NCBI RefSeq assembly: GCF_009914755.1
Contig: NC_060934.1
Source: the human T2T-CHM13v2.0 reference genome, Homo sapiens
Direction: 5' to 3' (one strand)
DNA length: 64,000 nt
Below the pieces are notes generated by a model. That model ran no database searches. It was not told the DNA's origin and saw only the letters and a program-made list of their open reading frames with translations. Position numbers and translations under genes: made by a program. Positions 1-12,979 of this stretch are shown here, in pieces; position 1 is the first letter of the stretch, and every line of letters begins with the position of its first letter.

Positions 1-1099
1 TTACTTTACTGGCAGAGACAAACAATTACAGTCCTATTGATCCTTGAGTAGGGACAAATATGAACTGGAGAGACTTGTTCAATCTAGAATATTTGAGTAA
101 TAGTTTTCTTGGGGGATATACTTCCCAGATGGCTCCCAAAAGATGAGTAAAAGGAGCCAGACAAGGGAGGGCAATGAAATGAAGCCAAAGAAAAGTCATG
201 GTTCTCCGGGCCCATGGGAAAAGCCAGCCTAAGAGCTGGAAGTACACAGCTTGCCTCCACATTTCTGCTTTCCACCATACCCATGTTTCATCAAACATCT
301 CTTTTGAGTAGCCTGATGAAACACAGCTACTGAGCACACATTCCATATAAGAGCGTTGCAAAATTTACCTTCAAAAGTTGTTAATTAAAATCGACAACAG
401 AGCCTGCCCTTCACCCTCCCTCCTCCTCATATAATTCCTGCTCTACCTGTGCTTTCTGTGATTTGCAGAGCCACCTGGTTACATGTGACCAAGCAGAGTA
501 GGGAAAGAAGAAGGAAGCAAAGACCAATAATCATGGATGAATGGACAAGTCAGAAAATCCCTTGAGTTGTGTGTGATTTGTAATTATAATATTTTCTCCT
601 GGGGCCTTAGTGACCCGGGCCATATTTTTTATTTACTAATTATTTTTTCACTACATGCTTCCCAAATAACCAAGTTGTCTCTTTCTACAGAGAGGGGAAT
701 CTGGATCTAACTGTAAATAAATTAATATTTACCTGGATCTGAGTGGACAGCTTCATTTAACAACACATGAATATGCTCCTCCCATAATTAAAGGCCTTCA
801 ATTATGAATGTTATGTTTCATGGCATAAATCTCATTGAAAAGTAACTTAAAGCAATTTAAAGTATGGATGGGCTCTGATGAAGAGTTTTTTAGAGAGGCT
901 GTGATATTTTTATAATGCAGGGTTCCAGGAATAGTTGTGAAATTTACATGTCATTATTTTGAAGAAGGTATATGGCCTGAAAATAAGTAGAAATTAGCTG
1001 ATGAAGCTGATACACAATATGAATAAAATGAGGACACCAAAATAAACATGGTCCTTGAGCTCCTGGAATAAAATGTCATGTGCCTTTTATTTTTGACTG

Positions 1100-1370
1100 T
1101 TTATTCAATAAATGTTAGTTGAGTACTGTGCTATGTGCAAACATGAATGAGATACACCTTGGATTCATACAGTGTCGGGTGGGGAGAGACACCAATATTG
1201 ATATAGACAGTACAGTATGGGAAGACTGAAATGTACAAAGCGCTTACAAGAAGACAAAGCTACTTTGGTAAGTAACCCAAAGGAGACTATTCCAAGGATA
1301 TGACATGTAAGCTAAATGATTAGACATTTCTAAGGAAAGAAGGAAAATATACTGTAGGCAGGAGGAAGTG
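1100..1370 (-). mobile_element. L2 LINE 3' fragment
   Basis: attcaataaatgttagttgagtactgtgctatgtgc resembles the reverse complement of the L2 3' end; very diverged, boundaries approximate. Confidence 0.55.
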
Positions 1371-1449
1371 GATCTCAGTGTCACCATTAAGAAGCTAGAG
1401 CAGTTTTGCCTTAAGAACACTGATGTGGAGGACAGTGATGATGACTGCG

Positions 1450-2180
1450 GTAGTTAATGTTTACTGGTCATTTCCTTCCTATATGGGCATGCACAGCTCA
1501 AAGGATTTCACATGTATTACCTTTTAAAAATCCTCACAATACCTCTGTGAAATAGAGACTTGCGACAGTTTTTTATTGCTGTATATCCCAAAACTTGGTG
1601 GCTTAAAACAACCACCAATTATTTAGTGCCTGATTCTCTGTGGGTTGGCAATTCAAGCTCAAGTTCACTGTGGGGAGGAGGCTTCATCCGGACTCCCTCA
1701 TGAGTCCGTGGTCAGCTGCTGTCCAGCTGGGGTGCTGGCTGGTCTAGAGTGGCCTCAGCTATATTAGCTTTTTTGGTTCCCTGTGGTGTCTCCTTGGTAA
1801 CATCCCATCTTAAGCTTTCTAAAAGCAGGAGTGGAAGCACACGAGATCCTTGATGTCTGGGTTCAGAATTGGCCACAACTTCTGTTGCATTTCTGTTGCC
1901 TACAGCAAGTCACAAGTCACAGGACAGCCCAGATTCAGGAAAGGGAAAGCAGACTGCACCTTGTGATGGAGGAGTTGTGAAGTCACATTACAGCAAGACA
2001 TAGATCCAGGAAGACTATTGTGTTCATTTTCACAAATCATCTTCCATCATACTATTATTACTTCCACTTTATAGATGAAGACACGGGAGCATAGGCTGAA
2101 AGACTGTAAAGTATGTGAGCCAGGACTTAACTGTTTGAGCTGCCTGACATCAGAACCTGGGGTCTGCTCTACTGCCTCTC
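1450..2180 (-). mobile_element. MIR SINE split by an MLT1 LTR
   Basis: MIR core (tcacatgtattacc...aatcctcacaatacctctgtgaaatag) stops at 1560 and resumes at ~2050 (tactattattacttccactttatagatgaagacac). Confidence 0.75.
1561..2049 (-). mobile_element. MLT1-family (ERVL-MaLR) solo LTR
   Basis: TG...CA ends; ttattgctg...cccaaaacttggtggcttaaaacaac and gcaagtcacaggacagcccagattcaggaaaggg are MLT1 hallmarks. Confidence 0.8.
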
Positions 2181-2429
2181 CCTAACAATATTAACAATGC
2201 TTTTTCATCGTTCTCTAAATTGTGCTACATTCAGGTGAACTCTTCTAACCTGAGATTTTCCCTTCTCATGAATGAAATAATGCCTACCCTGACATTTTAG
2301 GTTGGTATGAAGCTAGTTCCAAAGTTTGTGTTTGTGACAGCAGACTAATTGTCCTATCTATCAACTAGAGTAACAAACCACCACCTAGCATTATAGAGTC
2401 ATGAAGTTTAAGAGTCCAGTCATGGAGAG

Positions 2430-2745
2430 ATTGTAATGTCCTAGATCTAAATAGGGAGATGTGTTTGTTAGTACACTTAAGATTTATACATTTCAGTGAT
2501 TGTCAATTTTACCTAAGAAGAAAACAAAATAACTGTAAACAAATAATAAACTCTGAGGCTATGCAGAATACACTGGGGAAGTGTACTGATGTCTGTTACT
2601 TTGGAATAAATTTTAAAAATGATATGGGCTAATGAATGGATAGAGGGATGGATAATGGGTAGATATGTGATAAACCAAATACCATATAATTGGAGAATCC
2701 AGATGGCTAAGATTCCCTCTAAAGTTTCTTTATGGTAAAATCTTG
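2430..2745 (+). mobile_element. Old L1M (L1MC/ME-type) 3' UTR fragment
   Basis: gtacacttaagatttatacatttc...ggatagagggatggataatgggtagatatgtgataaa resembles an old L1M 3' end. Confidence 0.6.
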
Positions 2746-2759
2746 GAGAACAAAAGTTT

Positions 2760-2975
2760 AAGCTCTGGAGTCTTGAAACTAACTTTAAAAGTAGGCTAGT
2801 GGTTTGAAACTCCCTAGTTGTGTGATCTGGAGAAATTTCGAGAATGTTCTCAAACCTCAGTTCTTCCACTTGAAAACTGGAAGAGATATTGACATCTAAT
2901 CTATAAACTGTGGGATAAATAAACATGAGAGTTAATTAAACATGAATACCTAAAGAGCTCTTCACATTGTCTGTC
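2760..2975 (+). mobile_element. MIR SINE
   Basis: ctctggagtc...ctagttgtgtgatctgg...aaacctcagttcttccacttgaaaactgg. Confidence 0.6.
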
Positions 2976-3579
2976 AGACCCATTGCTAAGCACTTTATAC
3001 ATAAATGCTCTACAGTGAGTGTTCACAAATAGTAACTACCATGAAATGATGGAGAACATGCCTGGAGTCCTTATCAGTTGTGAAAGTTTTCTACCAGAAT
3101 ATCTATAATAAATCTTCCCTGATTCATTCTTCCTAAAAAATAATAATTATATTGAACGAATACTCATGCATATTCTTACTGAACTCTTAGTTCTTTGATC
3201 ATTGATTTTAGAATGAGAAGATATCTTACATGGCCAATACATTATCTGTTGTAAAGAAAGTGTTCACAAGATACAGAGTAACTTCTAGTGTTAATAATTT
3301 AAAAGCAATTTTTTAGGAGTTATTGTATAGCAAGATGAAAAGACGTTTATCAGAATCTCATTTAAACCATTTAATAAAAAGGAATACAAAGTATCTAAAT
3401 TCAGATATTATTTGGTTTCTTTCTGAGGTCATGAAAATTTGCCTTCGGTGATAGCTGAATGTGTCTGTGCATATGTGCACATACAGTAAAAGGCATTGAA
3501 CTGCACATTTCACATGATAGAATAGTATGACATGTGACTTCTATCTCAACAAAGATGTGACAAAAAAGTGTTCAGCTAA

Positions 3580-3978
<399 letters not shown>

Positions 3979-5905
3979 TAAGATTATTATAAATTTCTAA
4001 AAGATTTCCTGTGAAATATAACATTTATCTGTACGCATTAAAATGGAGATATAGGAATTGGAAATTCCCAGCCAGTGAAAAGGGCTTTTTGAAGTGACTG
4101 TTTTTAAACTAAAGTCAAAGAGGCAACCCCCTAAATCATGGTAACTTTAAATATAAAAAACAATTTATAGTATTTTAATGTATCAATCTATTAACTGTGT
4201 TGGCTGAAAATATGTTTTTTAACTAAAAATTTTAGTTTTTTAAAACTAAAATTTAGTTTTCTTGCTTTTTCGTATCATACCTCAAAAGTATTTATTTTCA
4301 CAAATATTTATTTTAATAAAGATAAACAAAGAAACCCTGAGAAGGGAGAAAGCCCAGAGCTAAGATAAAATCAAATGTGGTTAAATTATTAAAATATTCT
4401 ACAGTAAAGTGGCTGCAACTGCAAGGAGGAAGGGGAAAAGGAAAATTTCTGCAAAATTCATCAGCATTAAGTGAGTCTACAAATATCACAGGATCAGTAC
4501 CCCAGACAGTCAGTTTGACCTCTAGTCTTTACCCTGGTAAATCTTTTCCAAGTTTTTCTGAGTGATGTCAATGCAAAGTTTTCCCAAACTTCCTGGAAAT
4601 TTTACAAGCAATTCACCAGAGATACAAAAAAATATCTGGGGCCTTAGCCAACAGCATTCCTCTATGAATACTGACTCTTGATTTGCTTTTTATTTTTCTT
4701 AATTGGGGTTGAGCAATTTTAGAGATTTACAGTTAAGGAGACAAGCGAATTATGAAACTTAACAAATTAAAATATGAAAATGTTCATCATTTCTAGCCCC
4801 ACTCTGGACATGATTTTTTTTTTTTTTTTTATGTAGTAAGAGGCCAGATTTTTCACACAAGCATCCGTTTAATTAACTGTAGTGTATAATAAATTCTCAG
4901 ATTAAATCTTACTGGAATTTATTAAGTGACTGTTTCACCCCAATAGGTTAATGAGCAAACCATTATTAATGTTGCTTCAGAAAAAAGGGCACGTTTCCTA
5001 AACTGAGAGGAAAGAAGGCAAAAGAAAAACTCAAGCCTTCTTTTTCTCCAAAATGTATTTCTTTTTATTGTCAACATTGTATTCATTGGTTGTTCTTTTT
5101 GTGTCCTCTAATTCCATTATCTGGACATGTCTCAGTGCGAGTACCAAATAGGAGATCAGCTAAGCATTTGCTGCACCTCAGACAAAATCTCATTCTGGGT
5201 TATTAGACAGTGTCTGATGCTGCCGACTTCTTCTCGCCAGCTTAGCAAGCACAGCCTCTGGGAGAGGCTTTTTTTGGGGAAAGATCGCTCAGGAAAAATG
5301 CGTGTGCTTCTTGACGAGCCATTCTAGGTTGGGTGTCCCTGAAAGTATATGGGGGTGGTGTCCCTTTAAGCACAAGGAAAGGGCAGGTCCTGCTGTTATC
5401 CTTGACCCTCTGACAAAATAGTCAGACGCTGTTTGTAAAAGAGCCAAGTAATTAAAAGTATCCCAGGGTTATGGTGAAATAGGGCAAGTAAAATACGCTC
5501 CTGGATACCAGCGCTCTTTCAGGACCAGCTCTTTTGTATTTCCTCTCTATTTTGTTTTCTCCTTTATTTCAATTTTTCATGGCACAGTTTCCTCTCTCCC
5601 ACATTGTTCTTCTTTGCCTGTCAGTTGGTAAAATGATAAGTACCCTTATTACTGCTCGTCTAGCTTGAGGCCTATCTGGAGCTATTTGCTTCTAATCCCC
5701 AAGTTACTCTCCAACTCCTAGCTCGATTTGTTTCTCTTAATTTCAGAACAGATTGTTAATCATTAAATGTATTATGAGAGGGTATAGAAATAGATAAGAG
5801 TTACACAGGAAAACGATGGGACATTTTCCAGCATTTCATAAGCATTTTTCTTTAGGATGGTGTTTCTAACAGAAGGAAACTTGGGGTGTGCTCCTTGGCT
5901 ATCTC

Positions 5906-6038
5906 TAGGTTGACCATACATCTCGTTTAACCCCAAACAGGCTGAGTGGATGCCTGTTGTCCTGGCTTAATCATTAGTGGCATGTTTTTCACTCTCAAAA
6001 GTGCTCTGAATTAGAGGGTAGACTGCTCTATCATCCCA
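5906..6038 (-). mobile_element. MER94-like hAT (Blackjack) MITE
   Basis: taggttgaccatac...gcctgttgtcctggcttaatcattag...cactctcaaaagtg...tcatccca; ~133 bp; degenerate 8-bp TSD gctatctc/cctctctc. Confidence 0.75.
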
Positions 6039-6253
6039 CCTCTCTCTCATTGGACTGTTGAGTAACTGCTCAGTAAATAGATACATTAGCTTTGCTTTTG
6101 TTTAGAGAGTTCACAAAGCCCTTCTCTGGGTCTTCACCATTACTTCTGTTCTTAAATTACTATGAGTACTGTCAGACTTTGGAATGGAAACAATTTGTTA
6201 CTGTCCAGAGATTCCCCATATCTCTAAATGGCATTAGGAAGCAAATGAATGCT

Positions 6254-6420
6254 TGGGCTTTGAATCAGGTAGGAGGGTTGGAATCTGCTGTGCCATTCAC
6301 AAGGTTGTGTGACCTTGGGCAAATCATTTACCTTCTCTAAGCTTAAATTTCCTTATCTGTAATTCACACATAATAATAATTTCTACCCTGGATTATCATA
6401 AGGATTAAATAATAGATGAT
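6254..6420 (+). mobile_element. MIR SINE
   Basis: tgtgtgaccttgggcaaatcatttaccttctctaagcttaaatttccttatctgtaa core. Confidence 0.85.
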
Positions 6421-6619
6421 TATAGTTGTATGCTTATATTAATCCACATATCCATCACCCATACAGAAATTTCATTCATTATTCCTTATTTAAGCACAAT
6501 GCCTGATACTACAACTGGAAGTGGTTTGAAATTATAAGAATATGTTATTTTGCTTAGACAAAATGTTACATTTAAATACGGCAGGGGCAATTAATTAATT
6601 TCCTCCAAATTGGGTTCAT

Positions 6620-6990
6620 TCTAAGGCTGGTTCTTCCGGGTTGCAAACTGGCTGCAGCAGTTCAAGGCATCATGTCCACACACAACAACATCCAGAGGCA
6701 AAAGAATGTGCTGCCTCTTTCTTGTGTCTTTGAAAGGGAACTTCACGCAGAAGCCTCTCACTACATCTCTCCCTTTTCCTTGGTCTGAATTACATCACAT
6801 GCCAATGCACTTGTTCATTATTGCTAAAGAAAGAAGGGGAATGAGATCTTCAGGATAAGTTGGCCAACAACGCTCTCCCGCGTGGAGAAAATGGCTTGTC
6901 TGATTAAATCAGGGATGTGTGTGCTCGCAGGAGAGTGTGCGTGTGTCCTGGGTAGATGAAGTGTGGGCAGCTGGATATCCAAATTCCAGC
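6620..6990 (-). mobile_element. Old MLT1 (J/K-like) LTR fragment
   Basis: tggctgcagcagttcaaggcatcatgtccacacacaacaacatccagaggcaaaag...cagaagcc...ttggtctgaattacatcacatgcc. Confidence 0.7.
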
Positions 6991-7485
6991 CAAGGATGTG
7001 ACATCAGATTGCTTCATGAATTCTAGAAAGCTCCAGGCCTTTTCACTGTCCTGTGTATAAAATGTGGCATTGGCTTCCTAATAGTATAAGATGTCTTCTA
7101 CCTTTAATGTTCCGTTTGGTTTGGTTTTCTCAAAACCATTACAGTCCATGGACACCCTTCCTTCTTTCAGAAAGTACTTTTTAGATAATGATGAACTGAT
7201 GAAAGACACTAGAATGAGTTAGAAGATTTTTGTTCAAACTCAGATCCACTGCTTAGTAATTCTATGACTGTCATTCATTAAAGAAAAAGCTTTTTATAAA
7301 CGATAAAGAATAATATAAATCCAAATGATCGCTAGAGTCCATTTGACAAAATGCTGGGATTTAAAAAAAAAATTTCTTTTTTTAAAGTTCAGGGTCCCTT
7401 TAGAAGGTTAGTTAGCTTGGGGATGTAGAACCCTCAGGATTGTACCTTGAACTTGTTCTCACGTCCGCTCCTTGTTTCTTCTCAG

Positions 7486-7635
7486 GAGGGGATTATCTAC
7501 AAGAAGAAAAGTGGGGCTTTTGCTTTATCCCCTAGTCCCAACACACTCACTGTGGACCAATTGTTTTCACACACTAACAAGCGTAACCCTGGAACATGAG
7601 GATGTTGACATGACCTGTATACAGTTATGAGACTG
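7486..7635 (+). other. Candidate non-coding cassette exon (150 nt)
   Basis: Branch-like CTCAC (A at 7461), AG-free pyrimidine tract, ttctcag| acceptor, CTG|GTAAGT donor; stop codons in all three frames. Confidence 0.35.
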
Positions 7636-8546
7636 GTAAGTAGCAAGGATGTCACCTGCTGTTGCCAAAACCCCGATCCTTCCACTGCTTCTTTGTCATT
7701 GTCCTTTAGTGCCCAAGTTTAGACAGGGCCATTGTGAAGTGACCAAATTGTCACCACATTTCCTTGGAAGGCTTCCTATGGCAAGTATGAGGGTGCTCTT
7801 TTTCCAGCAAAATAACAGTGAAAGGGGCATGAGGAGTGAGTCTGCGCAGTACCATGTGATCCTGAATCACCATCCTCATCCTCAGGAGACACATGGCAGA
7901 AGGACCACTGGGGGGCTGGTGTATGTGTTCAGTAGTCAGCTCTGAGTTCAGGTGTTTTAAGTCCCCAGACCTTGACCCTTGGCTTCCTAGTGTGTGTGTG
8001 TGGGAGGTGGGGAGCAGCAGTGGTGGGAGTGGGATATGAGAAACAAGTAGATCTCAGCTTCCTTTAAGGGCTAGTGTTCTAAAATCTTAAGTTGATTGAA
8101 AGAGCCACTTCTGCAGAGTTGGTGCAGATGTGGAGACAATTGCACAGGGCAGCATCCCAGCTTCAGACAGCGGGTGACCAAGTGTCAGTTTGTGGAAGGA
8201 CAGGTGCTGGGGAGCTGGGAACTGCCACCCGTGGATGTCACCGTGGAGGAGCGCCGTGGGCGAGAGGCAGCTGCTGAGAGCTGCACCAGCTGCAGGGAGG
8301 CTGCACTCAGGACCACACACTGAGAAGTGCTGCTGGTGCCACCCTGGGGGTCCTAGAACTGGGGCTGTCACAGAGGGCAACAGCTTGAGCTCATGCTAGG
8401 GAGTTTCATGACTTCAAGATTTTCAATCTTTAATATCTGTTGTCTTTGTGGACAAAGTGCCCAGATTTTTTTTAATGCTTTGTCTTTCATCTTTCTTTCT
8501 TCAGATTTTGAATTCCTATCACTACTTTCATACAATCATAGTGTTC

Positions 8547-8549
<3 letters not shown>

Positions 8550-8578
<29 letters not shown>
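8550..8578. repeat. Poly(T)29 tract
   Basis: Uninterrupted T run with no attached Alu or L1 body. Confidence 0.95.
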
Positions 8579-8581
<3 letters not shown>

Positions 8582-9009
8582 ATCCTGGTGGGGGAGGGTC
8601 TTGAGAAGTGAACCTTGTTAAAAAATTAAACCACATGTATTTATTCAAGAAGCTCCCTGAGAAGGTCAACAAGTTGCAGTCAGCTCTCAGCTGTCACTTT
8701 CTTTGTTAATATCGAAGTACTCTGTGGTTTATCCTCTTTCCCATCTTCTGGTCATTTTTCTGCTATTAGCTACTTGAGCTTGGGGTGGGCAACAAATAAG
8801 ATGGAATTTTAAACCTGTCAAGTTGAAGTCTGGTTAATAGCCAAGTGGAGGTACAATGGGCGGAGAAGGGAAAATGAATTCTATATTTGAGAGAAATAGC
8901 AGCTGCGGTAGAAAAATTAGTCTTGACTTACTTTTCTCTTCCTGATATTAGTGATTGACCATGACACAACCTCCCATATCTGTTATGGTGGAATCAGATT
9001 TTTCAAAAT

Positions 9010-9215
9010 ATAGAGTCAAAGATACCAGAGCTACAAGAGTCTTCTTCTATCAACCAGACCTCTTGGTTTATAGATGAGGAAATGAAGATCTGACACATAA
9101 ACAGATCTACTTTCAGCCATTAGAATGGTTGCATTTATTGAATGCTAGTAAGGATTGAGGTCAGTGTTCAAGCCCTAATTTCCCTGGCTCTGACAGCATT
9201 TCCACCATGCTATCT
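9010..9215 (-). mobile_element. MIR/MIR3 fragment
   Basis: tttatagatgaggaaatgaagatctga core. Confidence 0.55.
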
Positions 9216-9299
9216 TGATCTGCCAAGGGTCACAGTGCTTGTGACAAACCAGGACCCAATTACTAAAGACCACCTAAAGCAAATTTGTTGTTAAGCCTT

Positions 9300-9420
9300 T
9301 CATAAGTTGTACTTTCTTTAGAAGTAAGGAGAGTATTTTTAATCTCTGTATTTCCAGGACCAAACATAGTTTCTGATATGAAGTGCATTCTCATGAAATA
9401 TTTGGTCATTTAAATGCATA
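9300..9420 (+). mobile_element. L2 3' end
   Basis: atctctgtatttccaggaccaaacatagtttctgatatgaagtgcattctcatgaaatatttg. Confidence 0.55.
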
Positions 9421-9871
9421 TTTTATGTCTTCCTCTGTTAAAGATTGTAAAATCATTTATTAAGATTGCATAATTACATGCACCCAAATTTAGAAATATT
9501 CCTATAGTTAGTATTGATTTGATCATCCTTTTGGATGAGATGATTTTGTTACTATGCATGAGGCTATGTGTTCTTGGCTCTCCGTGGTTTATTGTCTTAG
9601 TACCAAGGCTACTTAAAGCAGTTCTTTCCCTCCCAGAAGCAGATCCACAGCAAACGTTATTAATACAATATTTTTCCTTTATTTTACTTGTATATCAATA
9701 TCAAAAAGTATGTAATTGTTGAACACATAAACTGCCCATAACCCTAACACCAAGTTTTTCTTTGGAATTATATTATCATCATGATTTTAGTGTTTAATTG
9801 GTATTTCAATGCCATGATATAATAAACTTAATTATTCCACATCATTTCACATGACCCTTGAAGAGGATCAG

Positions 9872-10150
9872 AGTGGGTAGCAACTGCACAGGCTCTGGAG
9901 TCAAAATGCACCTGGCTTCAGAGTTTTGCTCTGCCACATGCAAGTTGTGCAACCTGAAAGAGGCCTCAGTTTTCTCATCTGTAAAAGTAGAGGTTATAAT
10001 CAGCCTTGCCCCAAGACAAAAATATATAGTTATTTTAAAGATTAGATATATAATCACCATTAAATCCCTGAAACATACATGAAGCACGCTACCTAGTACA
10101 GGGCAAACACCTAATAATTGATGAATAAATAATTGGCACTCAATAAATGC
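9872..10150 (+). mobile_element. MIR SINE
   Basis: gcacaggctctggagtca...gctctgccac...gcctcagttttctcatctgtaaaagtagagg...cactcaataaatg. Confidence 0.85.
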
Positions 10151-11174
10151 TCTTTCTCTACTCTCACTTTCCTGACTTTCCCCAACTTCTTAAAAGGGGA
10201 ACAATTTGGCTGCAGTAGAACTTGCAAAATAAAATATCACCTTTTTTCTTTCCTTTTCTTTCTCTGCCTCTATGCATGTGGACGCGTGATCTCTCTCCTG
10301 TTAGGGATATTAGGAGAGAAAGGACTGGGAAACACATTTTCCATGGAGTCCTCTGTCTATTTGAGCACAGCAGTCTATTCTAGCTGGGCTGGGTGAAAAG
10401 GCAGCTCAGCTTCTGGGATTTTTGCTTTTTTGCTGGACCCTAGAGGGAAGAGATGAGTTTTACGTCTGTTACTGGCTGTGGTAACACTCGGCTGGGAAGT
10501 TCATGTCCCCGGAAGACACAGGCCTTTTGGCTCCATCACAACAGTGCTTCCTAGGGATGCACAGTCTCACCCTGGAGGCCCCAGTTGCAATATTGGGTGT
10601 CACAAATGTGAGAGTGAAAGCAGCTGATAGAAGACACAGAATGCAGAAACTCAAGGCCTTAGTCCCAAACACACTCAAGTTGCATGACCGAAAAAAAAAA
10701 AAAAGAGAGAGAGAGAGATAGTTGAATGTAATAAGGATGTAATATGCTAACTTCTCAGTGCTTGGCAGAGGCCCCCTCACCAGCTGGGCCACACCAGACA
10801 TAGAAGAGACCAGACACTGGCTTAGGCTTCCAGAAAGAACAAGTCACAACAACACCCCCTCTGGCATCTCCCCCAAAGCCTGACTGGTTTTTAATGGGGA
10901 TCACCTGGGGTTTTAGTTGAATGTAGTCAGAGTGTTGAACATCTAATCTGCCTTTGAGAAAGAGTATCCTGCATTTCGAAGGGAAGGAAGTGAAAATAAA
11001 GCCGCCTGAATCTAAATAAAAGGGCTTGCATAGCAGGGGTTTTCAGTGGGTTCCTAGCTTTGGAGCATGAAGCAGAAGAAGGAGCTGAGCACTGCCCGGG
11101 TAGGGGATTCGAAGAGGCATGCTCCGCTGCCAGTGGTGTCACCTTCTGTTGTGTAAATCGCAGCTCCTGCCAAA

Positions 11175-11184
11175 GGGAACTCCC
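11175..11184. promoter_or_regulatory. Consensus NF-kB-type site in a unique, CpG-richer segment
   Basis: GGGAACTCCC matches GGGRNNYYCC; motif match only. Confidence 0.25.
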
Positions 11185-12178
11185 TAAACAGAGAAACAAC
11201 GACCAGAATAGTTCATGAAAAGCCTGGGCTGTTGGAAGTTAGGCCTTCTCTGGAATTGCTCCCCGGATACTGACGGCTCCAACGTTTCCAGTGTGCTATG
11301 GTTGGATCAGACATTCTTCTCCAAGCCAAGATTGCTTCCAACAGCTGGAGGAACAGCCCCTCCTGTCCTCTCCACCTCCTCAGCTTCATTTCTCACTGGA
11401 GACCATCCGAAAGGGGAGTTTAAAATTACTGTCTTTTGGGTAAATAGCGTTTACTTTTCCAGACTGAACTGCCAAAGACCTTAAGAAAATTAAAGAAAGA
11501 AAAGAAAAACTGAGTTGCCATGTCTGGTAAACAGTGTTTCTCTAATTAGGTGGCTGCATGGTTATTAACTAGAGCAGTTGTGTATCCTGACGTATGATTT
11601 ATTTACCTTGGCACACAGAGTTAGGGTGCTGAGCAACAGAGCCAAATACGGTGACAGGGTGAGGAAAATGAGAGGATGCAAAACCATGGTGAGGACTGAG
11701 TTCTGTACATCTTACAGAATTGGTTTTCCCAGAGGAGGGAAACAGGAATATTATCTCATTGCAAAATAGTCATTAAACTATAATTGACTGCTCACAGCTA
11801 ACAATGTCTAACTTCACTTTCAGTCAAAATGAAAATGAAAATCAATATCCTGACACAAAGCAATAATACAAATTAGAGAGCAATACTAGAAAGGTTCTCT
11901 AGAAGGATTTAGAATATGCTGTAGTTGAAAAAATATATAAGAAAAGAAAAAAATGATTATTTGCCATTACTCGTCCCATTGCTGGAAGGGTGACTTGTGA
12001 AACAGAAGGTCTTCTTGGAGATGCATGCAGAAGAGGTGGGATATTTGTGAGGGAGGAACTTCCATCTTTCCTCTCTTTCTTACTGCAGATTCCAAGTCCC
12101 CCCCATACACCTGCATTAAAGTAGAGTAACATGGAAGCAGCATTATTGCATCCCACTGACACACACATCCTCATTTCA

Positions 12179-12356
<178 letters not shown>

Positions 12357-12551
12357 TAAAAATAGTTTTTAAATAAATATTTTCTAAGGATATGTTATAT
12401 TCAGAGTTATCCTTCCTGGATATAGTTGTGGTACAGAAGTGGATTGACATAGCAATTATTATATTACCAACCACAGAGGGTTAGCTAACTTGAGGCTATT
12501 ATATATACTTAGTGTTTAATATTCCCTATAGGTTATTTCTTTAGTCGTTAA

Positions 12552-12840
12552 TTAAATCATTTAGCAAATATTGCTCAAATGCCTGCAATGTTCCAGGCTC
12601 TGTGCTAGAGGAAAGGCAGTCCATATCTTACAGAGTCTGCGCTGACTAGGGAGGGAGGGGATCATCACAATGTGTGATAGGACATGGAAAAGTTGTGTAG
12701 GATGCTGTGGGAGAGCATGGAGGAGGCCTCAGGCAGCAGCAGGAAGGACCCTCCAGAGATAGCAGCCTTTGTGCTGTATCTTAGAGGCTGAGGCAAGGGG
12801 AGAGCAGGAGAACACAGCTTTGGCAGCATGAGTAGAGTTT
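12552..12840 (-). mobile_element. L2 fragment
   Basis: tcatttagcaaatattgctcaaatgcctgcaatgttccaggctctgtgctag. Confidence 0.7.
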
Positions 12841-12979
12841 ACAGACAGAACATGTTACAGATCCAAACTTTTTACTACCTGGGATGGGTGGACATTGCTG
12901 CTTTTTGTGTAGGATACAGTAATGATTAATCTTAAAAACATATTGTGTCTGTTTGGCGATGTCTTATTGAACTTTATCT

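Noticed and set aside
5253-5275. Hairpin AGCCTCT-GGG-AGAGGCT followed by a T run, like an intrinsic terminator
   Set aside because: Eukaryotic DNA, no upstream gene or recognisable Pol III promoter; a 7-bp stem is expected by chance
8087-8399. Four overlapping ORFs on both strands
   Set aside because: Explained by local GC richness; no recognisable domain or flanking splice structure
10503-10721. 72-aa ORF ending in a basic NLS-like KKKKRERER
   Set aside because: The tail is the translation of a poly(A)-(GA)n simple repeat
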